Below are positions 53,207 to 62,997 of a stretch of DNA of 64,000 nucleotides, in pieces. Below the pieces are notes generated by a model. The model was not told the DNA's origin, made no database searches, and saw nothing but the letters and a program-made list of their open reading frames with translations. The stretch lies in the IMG/VR virus record IMGVR_UViG_3300030376_007335, positions 1 through 64,000 of that record; one strand, 5' to 3'. The stretch is from an uncultured virus (IMG/VR IMGVR_UViG_3300030376_007335) (lineage: Duplodnaviria > Heunggongvirae > Uroviricota > Caudoviricetes). Both the position numbers and the translations under genes were made by a program. The first letter of the stretch is position 1, and each line of letters opens with the position of its first letter.

Positions 53207-54031
53207 TTAATTACTGTCTCCATCTATTGCTTCCATCTCTACCTCTGCTGCTTTCTTTGCAGGAAGTATTTCTCCATAGTATTTTGCTACCGAATCTTTC
53301 CATTTTTGTTTATATTTGTCAATTGTTATACCTTGAATAACAAATACTTGTGTTGTCTCTCTAGTAGCAACAAAGGTCATTATTAATTCTGGAATAATTT
53401 TTACTGTATGTTCAAGAGCTAAAGCATATGCTGCCATTTGCATTTGACATTTTTGGTATTTCATAAAGCCTGCTCTTCTTTTCCCGTACTCATTTTTAGG
53501 TGTTGAGGGTCCAGGCCATCGAGAGTAATAAGGGCCATTGCTTGTTTTTAAGTCACCTAATACGACTTTTCCTTTATATTCTGCGACTATATCTGGAGTT
53601 CCTGCCCATCCCCAGTTTTCATCACCATCTTCATTAAAGCCTGGGTGCCAAACACGAGATACTCCATCCCCTCCCATTGTCCAAGCATAATCATCTGGAT
53701 TAGCGGGGTTTTCTGCCCAAACTATATTTTCTAATTTTCCTAAATTTTCTGGTAAACCTTCCCAAAATTCGGCAATTTCAAGATTCTTTATTTCTGGATT
53801 TCTGTCCGATCCTAATAAAAAGTGTTCCATTAGGGAGTGGACTTTCGTACCTCTTGCAGCAGCAGCTTCTTTTCCACCAGGATTCTTTTTTGCCCATCGT
53901 TCTAATGCGGCTTTGTTTCCCTGAGTTTCAGAAAGAATTGTTGTTACAGAAGGTAGAGCACCGTACGGAGTTTTGTAGTGCCTCGATCCATTAATTGTTA
54001 ATCTTGTTTCACCTTTAGAGCGATAATCCAA
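53207..54031 (-). CDS. PD-(D/E)XK exonuclease
   Basis: LPSVTTIL, RGTKVH, AGTPD, GDLKTS, QMAAYA. Confidence 0.85.
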   Translation of the reverse strand: MDYRSKGETRLTINGSRHYKTPYGALPSVTTILSETQGNKAALERWAKKNPGGKEAAAARGTKVHSLMEHFLLGSDRNPEIKNLEIAEFWEGLPENLGKLENIVWAENPANPDDYAWTMGGDGVSRVWHPGFNEDGDENWGWAGTPDIVAEYKGKVVLGDLKTSNGPYYSRWPGPSTPKNEYGKRRAGFMKYQKCQMQMAAYALALEHTVKIIPELIMTFVATRETTQVFVIQGITIDKYKQKWKDSVAKYYGEILPAKKAAEVEMEAIDGDSN

Positions 54032-54077
54032 GAACAGTAAAATCGGTTCTTTGGAGAATAACCTCCCTAAACTTTGC

Positions 54078-54260
54078 TCAATCTTTAGACTCTACTTTTG
54101 ATAGGTGTTTTTTAGCCCCTTCTATGTTATTAAAAAATTCACAACTACCTGTATAACAACTTAAATATTTTTCAAATGTCGTTTTCCCACCTGTAAGGGG
54201 GTAAGTGTGTACGGTACCTCCTTTAGGAGTTGTGAGTACTAGCTTGGGTTTTGCATTCAT
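54078..54260 (-). CDS. Hypothetical protein
   Basis: 60 aa, coupled to upstream gene. Confidence 0.5.
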   Translation of the reverse strand: MNAKPKLVLTTPKGGTVHTYPLTGGKTTFEKYLSCYTGSCEFFNNIEGAKKHLSKVESKD

Positions 54261-54565
54261 TAGTCGTGTTCTATTTCAGGTGGTCTTTCTGTAAAACAAT
54301 TTTCTATCTTTGCAGCAAATTGCATTGACTGAAATTGTCCTACGTGTGCTTGTATTCTCGCATGAATATCGAATGCTGACTTGATTGCATCATCTGGACT
54401 TATTGCCAACTTGGAATTAGCCAATAAGCCTGCGGTCAATACTGAGACAGCTAGTTCTTGTGGATTTATATTGAAAGCTCTTAATGATTTCCCGTTATCG
54501 GTGAAAGACGATATAAGAAAATCTATGTGTTCCAGATTCGGGTCTGGTGTGGAGTGTTCGGGCAT
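54260..54565 (-). CDS. Hypothetical protein
   Basis: 101 aa in operon. Confidence 0.55.
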   Translation of the reverse strand: MPEHSTPDPNLEHIDFLISSFTDNGKSLRAFNINPQELAVSVLTAGLLANSKLAISPDDAIKSAFDIHARIQAHVGQFQSMQFAAKIENCFTERPPEIEHD

Positions 54566-54567
54566 TT

Positions 54568-54831
54568 TTAATCCTCAGAGTTGATGATCTGATATAACGT
54601 AATTGTATTTCTCTTTATTATGGGGACAAGTAATCCTTCATCTTTTAATGCATTTATCCGGCGTTGAATTGTTCGATGATTGCGTTCGAATTTTTTTACA
54701 ACTTCAGTTATAGGAATTAAAACAAAGTGGTTACCTTTAAACTCTGTTGAAATATCTAATAAATGTTGATGGATACTTATTGCTAAGTCGTCCATCAGGC
54801 TTTTCATGACAGGTCTAGCCATGGTCAACAT
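54568..54831 (-). CDS. Winged-HTH DNA-binding protein
   Basis: ITEVVKKFERNHRTIQRRINALKDEGLL. Confidence 0.7.
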   Translation of the reverse strand: MLTMARPVMKSLMDDLAISIHQHLLDISTEFKGNHFVLIPITEVVKKFERNHRTIQRRINALKDEGLLVPIIKRNTITLYQIINSED

Positions 54832-54866
54832 AATTAAGAATGCGTAGGGTCAATTTTAGTAGTAAA

Positions 54867-55103
54867 TCAGTCTTCTTTTTTATCTTGTTTTAAATGCTCC
54901 TGATATTTTAATACTCCACTTTTAGCTGATTGAAGATCCATTGTCCAGCAGTTTTCCCAATCATGAGCCTTACTAGGGTATCGATAAAGTACATGACCAG
55001 TGTTGCCATGCTTTAAGATTTTTATTTCATAGTTTGAGAAAATAACTGAATCTAAAGGTTCAGATGGCTTTCCTTTGTAACGGATTTTCTTCTGAGTCCT
55101 CAT
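54867..55103 (-). CDS. Hypothetical protein
   Basis: 78 aa ORF. Confidence 0.5.
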   Translation of the reverse strand: MRTQKKIRYKGKPSEPLDSVIFSNYEIKILKHGNTGHVLYRYPSKAHDWENCWTMDLQSAKSGVLKYQEHLKQDKKED

Positions 55104-55286
55104 CCTGGTCCTGCAACAGTAAGACTAGATTATCTGACCTAATCCAAGAGGTATTACCTGTCGTAAAGTCGGTAATTATCTTCTGTACCTTCTCTTCTTT
55201 CTTGTAGGATTTCAAATATATTCCAGTCTGTAGGCTCAGTTCTGCGCTTTGCGCTTTCCTCGATCAAGATATTTAGCTTATCTCTG

Positions 55287-55523
55287 TTAGTCATTAGTCT
55301 TTTTATTAATTTTAGTCAGAGTAAATGTACCGTTATTTTGGTCAATCCACTCAATTTCGTCACCGATTCCCCAATTAAGTTTTTTTAATAGCTTTTTTGG
55401 GAAGTCAAAAACGCCACGCTTACTAGTTCGAATATGCCAAGATTCGTTAATAATTTTATTTTCTTTTTCTATATGTGCGATTATTCTTGAGTTAGAAAAG
55501 CTTACGCATACTAGTTTTTTCAT
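55287..55523 (-). CDS. AbrB-like protein
   Basis: FDFPKKLLKKLNWGIGDEIEWIDQNNGTFTLTK. Confidence 0.65.
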   Translation of the reverse strand: MKKLVCVSFSNSRIIAHIEKENKIINESWHIRTSKRGVFDFPKKLLKKLNWGIGDEIEWIDQNNGTFTLTKINKKTND

Positions 55524-56179
55524 TATATTCCTGTTTTTATTCTTCTTCTTAAGTTATAAGTAAGGGACACTTTTTTAATAAGCTTTGCGGAACTCGGAGC
55601 TTCTTCAGGTGTGTTTTCTATAGCATCTCTAAGTTGATTTTTATCTGGAATTTCTTCTTCTTTATTATCAATAACTTCATTATTTATTAATCTTGTGATA
55701 ACTGTTTTTCTTTTCAATCCAAAAATTCTTTTTTCACTATTTGTCCAAGATTTGAAATTGTCTTCAAGTTTTGCTTTTACCGTTCTAATGGTAGCTTGAT
55801 ACTTATTTCCTGTAGGCATAGAGCTTATTAATTGCTTTTCATATGCTTTTTTAATCAGGTTAATAATGTTTTTTCTCTTGTTTTTCCAGTGTTCGTGATT
55901 CTTTTTTAGATCTCTAATTTCTTTTTCTACTCTATCTATCTGTCTGTCACATTCTTTTATTACGCTTATTATTGCATCAAATTTTGATTCTTCTCTTGAT
56001 TTAAGAGAGTTCCATATCAATTCAAGTTCTGATCTATCTTCTTCATCTAAATTTTCCAGCTCTAATAGAGCGTTTATCTCCTTACCTCTTTCTAGTAAGT
56101 GTAGATACGAAATAGGATCAGGCATTTTATTTACCTTGACCTCTATATTTTTTTTGACCTCGAACGGCATATGATCCAC
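55523..56179 (-). CDS. Siphovirus Gp157-like protein
   Basis: Coiled coil KFDAIISVIKE...EKEIRDL; PDKNQLRDAI. Confidence 0.55.
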   Translation of the reverse strand: MDHMPFEVKKNIEVKVNKMPDPISYLHLLERGKEINALLELENLDEEDRSELELIWNSLKSREESKFDAIISVIKECDRQIDRVEKEIRDLKKNHEHWKNKRKNIINLIKKAYEKQLISSMPTGNKYQATIRTVKAKLEDNFKSWTNSEKRIFGLKRKTVITRLINNEVIDNKEEEIPDKNQLRDAIENTPEEAPSSAKLIKKVSLTYNLRRRIKTGI

Positions 56180-56351
56180 GCTTGCGCCTACCGTGGCCTA
56201 TAGAAGTTTTTTTAGGTACTGCACTTTCACTTTTATTATTGTCTGAAAGATTTACTTTTCTAGGCATTAGTTAATTAGTTCTGGTTGAATTTTAAGCAGT
56301 GTTCGGTGTCTGTCAATACGTCAAGTAGACTAGGGAATATGCCGAGTCTCT

Positions 56352-56603
56352 ATGGCGTCTTTTGAATTAGTGGAATTAGCTTTCGATCCTGCCGATTTAA
56401 CCCCAACATTGGAGGACGAATTCACTATGACGGCTGTTTCAAAAGAACTTGAATCACTAGAAAATATAGACCAAGTTAGAACAGGTGCTATTCAATTATT
56501 GAAAATTGCAATGCAGCGTCAAGCTATTATACGAGGTTTATGTAAGAGACTAGCTGAAATAGAGACACAAGGTGTTACTCGAAAAAAAATACCAAAAGGT
56601 TAA
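56352..56603 (+). CDS. nblA: Second NblA-like protein
   Basis: PTLEDEFTMTAVSKELESLENIDQVRTGAIQLLKIAMQRQAIIRGL. Confidence 0.6.
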   Translation: MASFELVELAFDPADLTPTLEDEFTMTAVSKELESLENIDQVRTGAIQLLKIAMQRQAIIRGLCKRLAEIETQGVTRKKIPKG

Positions 56604-56607
56604 TTAA

Positions 56608-56772
56608 TTGGTTAATCAAGTTAAACAGCACAAAAAATTACTTAAGTTTGCCGCTAAAGCGCAATTATGTACAAGTCGAAAAAAGGCACAGAAATTGATT
56701 GATAAGGCTGAAAGAGCTCAAGCTAAATTATCTACTGTTCCTCCTCAAGAGAGGATTGAAGAACAAGACTGA
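56608..56772 (+). CDS. Small basic protein (TTG start, not in ORF track)
   Basis: KQHKKLLKFAAKAQLCTSRKKAQKLIDKAE. Confidence 0.5.
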   Translation: MVNQVKQHKKLLKFAAKAQLCTSRKKAQKLIDKAERAQAKLSTVPPQERIEEQD

Positions 56773-56793
56773 GTAGATAAACGGGTATTAATG

Positions 56794-56829
56794 CAAAAGC
56801 TCCTCCTGCAAAAAGGAAGAGGAGCTTTG
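56794..56829. terminator. Bidirectional terminator between convergent genes
   Basis: AAAGCTCCTC...GAGGAGCTTT stem. Confidence 0.7.
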
Positions 56830-56870
56830 ACATTGCTAGGTATAAAAGAGAATCTTCCATACCCATAACT

Positions 56871-57791
56871 TTACTTCAATCCGCCAGCTAAAGCACCAGC
56901 TTCATCACGTTCTCCTAAGCCTGAGTCAGCTGCTGGGAGAGCACAGTTTGTTATATCAACCCCCGGTTTTAGAGCATTGATACCAATTTCAGCTTCGCAC
57001 TGCTTAAAGAATTTACTAGCGTAAACCTCTGGAGGGCAGCTATCGTAGACATCTTCTAGATGATCTATATCAGCTTCTTTTTTAGGCCAGAACTCAAGGA
57101 TATTGTCTTCTGTTGGAGTTATCCAAGATTTTGCAACACAGATGTCAGATTTTCTGACCTCACCATATTTTTCACTACCAAAAGTAGGTGTCCATATGAC
57201 AGATGCAGCCATTTTTCCTCCGAATCCTTGAGCTGCCTTGTCTCCTGTGTGGTCGGCATAGGCAGATTCCAGTTGTTCTAGGAATTGAGCATACTTTTGG
57301 CAAAGTATCTTTGCTGCTCCTCCGTGAACAGAGAGTATTAAGGGTTTCTTGTGAGCTGGAACACCTTTAGCATCTACTAGATAGCAGAGAACTAGACGTC
57401 TTCTTCTATATGGAGGGTTTTTGTCAGGAAATTTTTCTTTCCATGTATCCCATAAGTGGTTTACATCGGTATAGAGTCCTTCGATAGCACCATTTTCATT
57501 GCTATTTTCTACGAAGGTTGGATCATCTTTATATCCACCTCTAAGAATAATTAGTCGAGGAGTTCGGAATAAGATTCCTGATTCAACTTTTCCTTCACTA
57601 CCAAATTCTTCTTCAGTGTGTTCAGCGTCAGGAAATTGAGAAGGCTTACCAGTCCAACCACAGCGGTCAGCGTGTACATCTTTTAAAAAGATGCCTGGCT
57701 CACTTCTTCTATTGAGGATGATTAACATCCCTAGCTCACGCATTTGGCGTGGATACTTACTAGTATCTTTAAAGCGGTCTAGTACAGACAT
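56871..57791 (-). CDS. Replication/recombination-module protein (DUF5895-like)
   Basis: GILFRTPRLIIL, LCYLVD..G.PAHKKPLIL..HGGA; adjacent to SSB. Confidence 0.5.
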   Translation of the reverse strand: MSVLDRFKDTSKYPRQMRELGMLIILNRRSEPGIFLKDVHADRCGWTGKPSQFPDAEHTEEEFGSEGKVESGILFRTPRLIILRGGYKDDPTFVENSNENGAIEGLYTDVNHLWDTWKEKFPDKNPPYRRRRLVLCYLVDAKGVPAHKKPLILSVHGGAAKILCQKYAQFLEQLESAYADHTGDKAAQGFGGKMAASVIWTPTFGSEKYGEVRKSDICVAKSWITPTEDNILEFWPKKEADIDHLEDVYDSCPPEVYASKFFKQCEAEIGINALKPGVDITNCALPAADSGLGERDEAGALAGGLK

Positions 57792-57849
57792 AAAAAGTTT
57801 TAAAAAGTTTGAGAGTTTTTAAGTCGGATAAACCGACTTCATAAGGTTA

Positions 57850-58605
57850 TCAAAATGGTATCCCATCATCAACTGGTTCGCTAGGTTTTGCTATAGCTTG
57901 TTGATGTGGTGAGTCAAATACTTCTCGTTTATCAGAAGAGGGTTTAGGTGGTTCCTTCCCTATATCATTTTTTGCTACTAAGTCTTTTACTTCATTAAAG
58001 TTTTCTGCTTTTCTTTGATCAATTGTGAATTGTTTAGATCTTACAGTTATGCGATACCCAGTTATTTCAACTCCTTCCTTATTTATATATTTATCAAATT
58101 TGAGAGATCCTCCTATAGCAATAAAGCATCCTTTATGTATAGCTGATTTTAAATTTGCGGCATTTTCTCCCCAACTCTCTATACGAAAGCCAACAGTTGT
58201 AGTCCCATATTCCCTGTGTCCTAGTGGTTTTTGTGATACTACTCGGCACATCATTCCAAAACTAAATACGTTTTGATTTGATTGTTCACGTTGCCAGAGA
58301 TGTGCAATACCAGCTAAATCTATCTGATTGCAAATAGTACCTGCAGGAACTTTCTGCAATGGACTAGATGGAACTATATAAGCTTTGTGATCATCATGTA
58401 AGTAGATTCTCCCATTTATGAAAACTGTTTCTCCAGGTTCAATTGCTCCTAGGTCGTCAGTTTTTTTTGCCGCAAAACTGGGGATTAAATGGACTGGTAT
58501 GGGAGGTCTTTCATTATTACTAGGTATTTCAAAATCTAATAGTCTGAGACCTTTCTCCGACTTAGAGTCACCTTTGTAAACGGCGCATGCAGTGATGTTG
58601 TTCAT
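57850..58605 (-). CDS. ssb: Single-stranded DNA-binding protein (two OB folds)
   Basis: FRIESWGENA...KGCFIAIGGSLKFDKY; C-terminal DDGIPF. Confidence 0.8.
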   Translation of the reverse strand: MNNITACAVYKGDSKSEKGLRLLDFEIPSNNERPPIPVHLIPSFAAKKTDDLGAIEPGETVFINGRIYLHDDHKAYIVPSSPLQKVPAGTICNQIDLAGIAHLWQREQSNQNVFSFGMMCRVVSQKPLGHREYGTTTVGFRIESWGENAANLKSAIHKGCFIAIGGSLKFDKYINKEGVEITGYRITVRSKQFTIDQRKAENFNEVKDLVAKNDIGKEPPKPSSDKREVFDSPHQQAIAKPSEPVDDGIPF

Positions 58606-58822
58606 AGTTACTTAACAAGATTTTTTTCTAAACGGTCATGCATAATAGCATGCAAATTAGATAGCCTTTGGTCTAGATAGCAGCGTACATCTATGATCCC
58701 ACTTTGGAGAGTAAGAAGTTCCTCATTAGACATGTCTTCTAATTTTTTTGGACTCGGCTTTTCAGGTGGCATATTTTAGAGGTAAGCAAATCAACTCTAC
58801 AGAAATTATCTAGAATTACAAG

Positions 58823-59143
58823 TTAAATTCTTGGAATTTTATTTAGTACAGGAGCTAGGTCTTTTTCTACTATTTTTGTTGTCTTCTCTGCTATGTCATC
58901 CAATATATTTACATCTAGTCCTGCGAAGGGAGGTATGATTCCAAGTATTCGTAACAGACCATCAACAAATAGTGCTAGGCATATGAAACCAAGAATCATG
59001 CTGATGATAGTTGCCTTGAAATTATGCTCTGCCATGGAAGCTTCATCGATTGCTCTAGCTTCTTCAACAGCTGCAGCAACCATCGCATCTACTTCTTTTT
59101 TGGTGTAAAAATCACCTAAAAATGGGATGTCATGTTTGTCCAT
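58823..59143 (-). CDS. Cyanophage-type membrane protein
   Basis: HNFKATIISMILGFICLALFVDGLLRILGIIPPF. Confidence 0.65.
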   Translation of the reverse strand: MDKHDIPFLGDFYTKKEVDAMVAAAVEEARAIDEASMAEHNFKATIISMILGFICLALFVDGLLRILGIIPPFAGLDVNILDDIAEKTTKIVEKDLAPVLNKIPRI

Positions 59144-59281
59144 AATTTTTTTGAGAGGTTTTACTCATGACTTTTTCATGCTTTTTAGGTTAAAGTGTTG
59201 AAATGAAAACACTAGACCCCGTTGATACTTATTTTGATTGCATCTCTTCATGTTATTTAGATGAAGATGAGAAATCGTGCC

Positions 59282-59500
59282 TTAATTCTTGCGTAGATCT
59301 ATTAAGGAACGTTGATATTCCATGTGCAGATGAATCACGTGTTCCCCTGTGCGCTTGATGCTTTTTGACATTTCTCTATAGCCGGTACCAACATAAAGTT
59401 GCCCAGCTACAACTGATGCTGACATGAGTCCCCAGAAAATGTAATACCAAGAACTTTTGATTTGATGTTTTTTGTTTGTCATTAGTGGGTCTCCATCCAA
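59282..59500 (-). CDS. Small membrane protein (start probably ATG 59482)
   Basis: QIKSSWYYIFWGLMSASVVAGQLYVG. Confidence 0.6.
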   Translation of the reverse strand: MDGDPLMTNKKHQIKSSWYYIFWGLMSASVVAGQLYVGTGYREMSKSIKRTGEHVIHLHMEYQRSLIDLRKN

Positions 59501-61317
59501 TTTTTTCCTTCTCTGGCTTCACCAGTTAAGGGACATTTTAGATCGTAGTATTCTCCTGCCTTACGGAAAGAGTCTATAGCTAAACTTTTATAAAGTTCTG
59601 TTAATTGTGGCTTAACAAGTGACTGTATTTCGTCATGTATGTGAGCAACGAAAGCGAAGTGGCAACCCCATCTTAATCCGGCTTTGTGTAAATCTTGGTA
59701 GAGGATACATGTAGCTTTCTTAACTGCAATAGCTCCTGTAGATTGTAAAAGTTGATTTAAAGCGCTATGTCTTGATCTTATTTGTAGATGTCTACCGTCT
59801 ATGCCTACTAAATATCCTCTTTTTACTACTCTTTCATCTACTTTATCTCGCAATTCTTTGATAGCTGGTAAATTTTTGTAGAAAGTATTGATAGTTTTTG
59901 ATCCTATTTCTTTTTGTTCATATTCACTTAAATTTATATCCATTATTGAGCCTATGCGTTTTGCGCCCCCGCCATAAAGTACAGCATAAATTAGCGTTTT
60001 GGCCTTTTCTCTTACTGCTTTTGTTATTTCACCTTTACCATCAAATATTCCAAATAGTTGTGCATTATAGGTATGAATATCAAAATCATCTGTACTAACT
60101 AATTTTGCATAATCACCACCATCAAAATATGCTAATTGAGCTCCAAGTGCTCTAAGTTCTAGGCCACTAGCATCGGCTCCACATAAGCGCCAACCACCAT
60201 CAGCATGGAATAAAGCACGACATTCTGCACCGTAAGGTTGACCAACTCGTGGTACCTGCCCGACGTTGGGCCCTCGGTGGGAGCATCTGCCCGACACACA
60301 AGCGTTTGTGATAATTGATCCATGTATTCTTCCATCTTTATATTTTTGACTATGTTTTAGCCAAGCCTCTTTTCCATCTGAAATTTGTCCTAGTCTCTTA
60401 TTAAGTAGTTGATATTCAGCTAGGAGAGAAGCTTCCTTATACTTTTTACCCAAGATTTCCAAGACGTCATCATCAAGCTTAGTATTCCCTTTTTCCGTTT
60501 TGCCGAACTTAATCTCAGGATAACGCTCTTGTAACCTATCGGCAGTTTGTTTACGCGAAGCGGGGTTAAACGTAGTGACTTTGTCCTTAAGGGCTTTACC
60601 CGTTTTGGCAGAAGTACGTTTTTCCGTGATGGGTGGGAAAACCTTTTGAAGTTGTTCATCAATTTCTGTCCTCCTTGTTTTTAAATTGTTGACTAGTGCA
60701 AATGCAGCTTTCTCATCGAATGGAAAACCAAAGTCCTCTTGAAAGGACATAATTAATGCAAATGTATGCTCCAGCTTGAAGCATCTGGGATCAAGACCTT
60801 GAGTCTCAAAATACTTATATAGCTCTAACGAAACAAGCGTATCCCCTTCACAGTATATTTGCATTTCTTCAGACCACTCATCCCATTTTTCTTCTGCTTC
60901 TTTTTCTTCGTTAAAATCTAGTTTTTTTACATTAAGACGTTCTCCCCAAGCTCCTAATGAATGTCGGCCTATATATTTTTTAGGGATATGAGAAAATTTT
61001 TGAGCATCAACAGGTTCTAATTCAGGCCACATGACCCTACTAGTAATTAAGGTGTCGTTAATTAAGCAGCTTTTTTTTCTTTTAAAAGATGGATAGACTT
61101 TTTTGATCGCTCTAAAATCAAAATTGATTACGTTATGACCAACTAATAGATCAGCACTTTCAAGAATATGTATTCCATTCCATATAGGTTCATAGCCTTC
61201 TTTATCTGCACAGCTAATAATGTCGCCTGTATCTATATCTCTTAAGACAAGAGAATGAATAGTATCTAGTTCATGGAGTAGACCGTTTGTTTCACAGTCA
61301 AACACATACCGATTCAT
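59482..61317 (-). CDS. polA: Family A DNA polymerase with 3'-5' exonuclease (T7-like; Tyr at the 762-equivalent site)
   Basis: VFDCETNGL, GHNVINFD, GADASGLELR, KAKTLIYAVLYG, HIHDE. Confidence 0.95.
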   Translation of the reverse strand: MNRYVFDCETNGLLHELDTIHSLVLRDIDTGDIISCADKEGYEPIWNGIHILESADLLVGHNVINFDFRAIKKVYPSFKRKKSCLINDTLITSRVMWPELEPVDAQKFSHIPKKYIGRHSLGAWGERLNVKKLDFNEEKEAEEKWDEWSEEMQIYCEGDTLVSLELYKYFETQGLDPRCFKLEHTFALIMSFQEDFGFPFDEKAAFALVNNLKTRRTEIDEQLQKVFPPITEKRTSAKTGKALKDKVTTFNPASRKQTADRLQERYPEIKFGKTEKGNTKLDDDVLEILGKKYKEASLLAEYQLLNKRLGQISDGKEAWLKHSQKYKDGRIHGSIITNACVSGRCSHRGPNVGQVPRVGQPYGAECRALFHADGGWRLCGADASGLELRALGAQLAYFDGGDYAKLVSTDDFDIHTYNAQLFGIFDGKGEITKAVREKAKTLIYAVLYGGGAKRIGSIMDINLSEYEQKEIGSKTINTFYKNLPAIKELRDKVDERVVKRGYLVGIDGRHLQIRSRHSALNQLLQSTGAIAVKKATCILYQDLHKAGLRWGCHFAFVAHIHDEIQSLVKPQLTELYKSLAIDSFRKAGEYYDLKCPLTGEAREGKNWMETH

Positions 61318-61538
61318 CTGTATAACTCTTGGATATCCACTATATCAAGTTCGTCAACCAATTTCTTATCCCTGAACTTGTCATATATAGTTTTGATAGA
61401 AGTTAAACTTTGTAGACACAAGGCGTTGTCGATATTTTTTTTATCTGCTGTGTCTAATAGTTCTATCTTTTCAGATCCTTTTTTTATACAAAGTACTTTT
61501 TTCTTATCGGTAGTACATAAGGAATATCCGATTTGCAT
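61314..61538 (-). CDS. Hypothetical protein
   Basis: ATGA coupling to polA. Confidence 0.55.
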   Translation of the reverse strand: MQIGYSLCTTDKKKVLCIKKGSEKIELLDTADKKNIDNALCLQSLTSIKTIYDKFRDKKLVDELDIVDIQELYR

Positions 61539-61540
61539 GA

Positions 61541-61825
61541 TTAGTCCCTAATTGAGTCATGGTTTGGTATTGCTCTCATCAAGAATATATCAAGTGCTAT
61601 ATGCATTAGTAGGGGTACCATTCTAAATGCTGGTTCAGGGAGGCCACCAAAAAGGGCTACTAATTTGTCGTTTAAATCAGTTCTATGGAGTTCTTCCATT
61701 TCAACTGCGAGCATATTAGCTACATTTAAGAAGAAGTCAGCTGGCTCTTCTTCTGTTTGTTTTAGCTGTTCAACTATTTCCCATAGTTGAGGGTCAGATT
61801 GAATTAATCTTAAAAGTTCTTCCAC
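61541..61825 (-). CDS. Hypothetical protein
   Basis: 94 aa in operon. Confidence 0.55.
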   Translation of the reverse strand: MEELLRLIQSDPQLWEIVEQLKQTEEEPADFFLNVANMLAVEMEELHRTDLNDKLVALFGGLPEPAFRMVPLLMHIALDIFLMRAIPNHDSIRD

Positions 61826-61826
61826 A

Positions 61827-62429
61827 ATGAGTTATCGAGTACGCCGCAAGTTTACAAGCTCTAAATTTTATGTCGAGGGTCAAATCTGTAAAATTTTTAT
61901 GCAACCTCATTATGAAATACGCCCAGGTTTCTGGATATGGAATGTCGGATTTGCTATTGGCAAGTCAAATCGACAGATAAATGATTGGTATAACAAGAGA
62001 AATAATAAGCGTTGTCGGTCTATGTATAAAAAAATGACATGTCAGAGAGCAGGTTTTAAAGCTATTAAAAAAGGATTTGAAAAAGTTCTTCGTATGAGAT
62101 GGATGATTGAACCAGGAGACATTCTTTTGTTGGATTGCACATCTGGAGACCCTGGAAAGCAGTTTAAAGCTTGGGGTAGGTGGCATAGGTATCATCCAGA
62201 GTGGACTTACTCTGTGGAGAAATTGGAATATTATTGGCATAGACCTCCTTATATAGATGATCCAGTTAGGAAAGATTTTAATATCAGAGCAATTACGCCA
62301 GAAGATCCTTTAGCTAATACAGATGGATCTCGTTACTTTGATTGTTTTCGTGTAGAGCCCAAAGTGAAAGGGAAAGATTTATCAATGAGTCAAATTTCAA
62401 ATTTATTATCCCCTATTTTGACAAGTTGA
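61827..62429 (+). CDS. Hypothetical Trp-rich protein
   Basis: 200 aa ORF. Confidence 0.55.
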   Translation: MSYRVRRKFTSSKFYVEGQICKIFMQPHYEIRPGFWIWNVGFAIGKSNRQINDWYNKRNNKRCRSMYKKMTCQRAGFKAIKKGFEKVLRMRWMIEPGDILLLDCTSGDPGKQFKAWGRWHRYHPEWTYSVEKLEYYWHRPPYIDDPVRKDFNIRAITPEDPLANTDGSRYFDCFRVEPKVKGKDLSMSQISNLLSPILTS

Positions 62430-62681
62430 ATGATGCATTCTTATAGGACTATGGATTTAACACCAGATAAGTGTGGTGTGACTCCTATAGAAGTTGGTCT
62501 TGTAAATGAATTTAGCCCTTGGTACTACGATGGACACACCGTTTGGTGGGGTAAGAGATGTAAATTACGTAGTGAGGCAGAAGAGGCAGCTTTAAACTTG
62601 AAAAGAGAAGTTTCAAGAGTTAGTGGATTTAATATACGTCAGGCCGAAGAAGAACAATGTCAGGCCAGGAGGAAGGCATAG
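62430..62681 (+). CDS. Hypothetical protein
   Basis: Abuts upstream stop. Confidence 0.5.
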   Translation: MMHSYRTMDLTPDKCGVTPIEVGLVNEFSPWYYDGHTVWWGKRCKLRSEAEEAALNLKREVSRVSGFNIRQAEEEQCQARRKA

Positions 62682-62785
62682 TTTTTATTGTTTCCTATGC
62701 CTAGAAAACGAGAGCCTTGCCGAGAAACAACGGTGAGGCTACTCCTCCTTTACTTATAAATCTTAACAATTTCTTTATAATTAAT

Positions 62786-62828
62786 GTATCACTGTAAACT
62801 GTATAAATAGATACCGAATTACTATAAT
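62786..62828 (+). promoter_or_regulatory. Promoter with NtcA box(es)
   Basis: GTA-TAAATAGA-TAC 62801-62814 (perfect GTA-N8-TAC); GTA-N8-AAC 62786-62799; TATAAT 62823-62828. Confidence 0.65.
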
Positions 62829-62856
62829 AAAGACATAGTCACACACGGCACTTATC

Positions 62857-62997
62857 ATGGCAAGTCTTACTTATCGCGGAATTGTTTATCAGAAGGATGT
62901 AGCAGCTTCTAAAAAAGAATTAGTTTCTGATGCTCCTCGTGTATATAGAGGAAAGTTCTATCATTACGAATCCCCTAAAAAGGAGAAAGTATCATGA
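62857..62997 (+). CDS. DUF4278-like small protein (46 aa, not in ORF track)
   Basis: MASLTYRGIVY...RVYRGKFY; two YRG motifs. Confidence 0.8.
   Translation: MASLTYRGIVYQKDVAASKKELVSDAPRVYRGKFYHYESPKKEKVS

Noticed and set aside
689..62240. Many 60-140 aa ORFs nested in or antisense to longer genes (e.g. 689, 4635, 14155, 18926, 21948, 51971, 53084, 61965)
   Set aside because: Shadow ORFs with no RBS or operon context and no recognisable motifs.
49972..62809. T4-type late promoters (TATAAATA)
   Set aside because: Only scattered occurrences in AT-rich DNA, and no T4-like sigma factor or core genes.
62829..62856. Glutamine (Downstream-peptide) riboswitch before the DUF4278-like gene
   Set aside because: Only 28 nt lie between the -10 box and the ATG, too short for the aptamer.
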